NCBI GenBank assembly: GCA_018065345.1
Contig: JAGHTM010000123.1
Location: forward strand, 1-25,505
Reading direction: 5' to 3'
Length of the DNA stretch: 25,505 bases
From: Candidatus Enterousia merdequi
Lineage (GTDB): Bacteria; Pseudomonadota; Alphaproteobacteria; Rs-D84
Position 1 is the first letter of the stretch. Each line of letters opens with the position of its first letter. The notes under the pieces were generated by a model. It was not told the DNA's origin. It worked only from the letters and a program-made list of their open reading frames with translations, and made no database searches. The position numbers and the translations under genes were made by a program. This document shows, piece after piece, positions 25,244-25,505 of the stretch.

Positions 25244-25505
25244 TTACATATTCTTTAGAAAGATTTCGCATACTCTACCCAAACTAGTAAATTCTTCTGG
25301 ATTTTCTGCCCGATATGAGCGAGTTATCTCGAGCCAAGTTGGACATCCCTTGAAATTCACTATAGTTTCAAGGGATTTTTTTAGAGAAATCTGCACATTA
25401 CAGCCATCTATAAAAAAGTTAGAGGTCAGCATTTTTATTAGTACCCTTTTTTTATCAAAACCTCTAACTTTTAGCCTGTAATGGCTGTTTTCTGCCACTT
25501 TTATT
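25244..25505 (-). CDS. C-terminus of a large serine recombinase-like integrase (runs off the window edge)
   Basis: Frame open to the window end. KKRVLIKMLTSNFFIDGCNVQISLKKSLE...GCPTWL matches the C-terminal pattern of tRNA-targeting serine recombinases. The catalytic domain is not visible. Confidence 0.6.
   Translation of the reverse strand, partial: IKVAENSHYRLKVRGFDKKRVLIKMLTSNFFIDGCNVQISLKKSLETIVNFKGCPTWLEITRSYRAENPEEFTSLGRVCEIFLKNM
25254..25336. repeat. 83-bp direct repeat, copy 2 (element right end, att-like junction)
   Basis: 76/83 identical to 5532-5614; ends in CGAGCCA. Confidence 0.92.
25345..25382 (+). terminator. Rho-independent terminator-like hairpin
   Basis: atcccttgaaa-ttcactatag-tttcaagggat (11-bp stem) followed by a T run; encoded antisense inside the integrase end. 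Confidence 0.75.

Noticed and set aside
1-25505. CRISPR array, retron, IS transposase, rRNA
   Set aside because: No regularly spaced repeat-spacer array, reverse transcriptase, transposase motif or rRNA-like sequence was seen.

Overview
AT-rich bacterial accessory region (host not identifiable from this window) with no complete RNA gene and no CRISPR array. It reads as a tandem array of integrated elements stacked behind the 3' end of a tRNA-Asn(GTT) gene that should lie upstream, outside the window. Four intergenic GAGCCA junctions (279-284, 5609-5614, 11054-11059, 25331-25336) are each followed 7-8 nt later by a terminator-like hairpin. Two separated tRNA-Asn pieces (11044-11059 and 18761-18786) fit together into one T-arm. 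Large-serine-recombinase-like C-terminal fragments occur at 186-386, 2182-2295, 5532-5614 (tail only) and 25244-25505. Cargo from left to right: (A) KAP NTPase plus McrBC with an EVE-like domain; (B) YegD-like Hsp70, APH-fold kinase, Gre-like factor, CYTH protein and an unknown soluble+membrane gene pair; (C) AbiL/RloAB-like ATPase-RloB pair with a G10 tract, type III R-M and a membrane-anchored protein; (E) a WYL regulator divergent from a tandem-AAA ATPase, a stand-alone FtsK motor, a putative HhH-like glycosylase, a small protein and a UDG-family glycosylase. The best candidates for undescribed biology are the mostly integrase-less tRNA-anchored module array with integrase tail exchange, the WYL/AAA/FtsK/glycosylase module, and the unknown soluble+TM pair. 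All protein calls come from motif recognition by eye; no searches were run.
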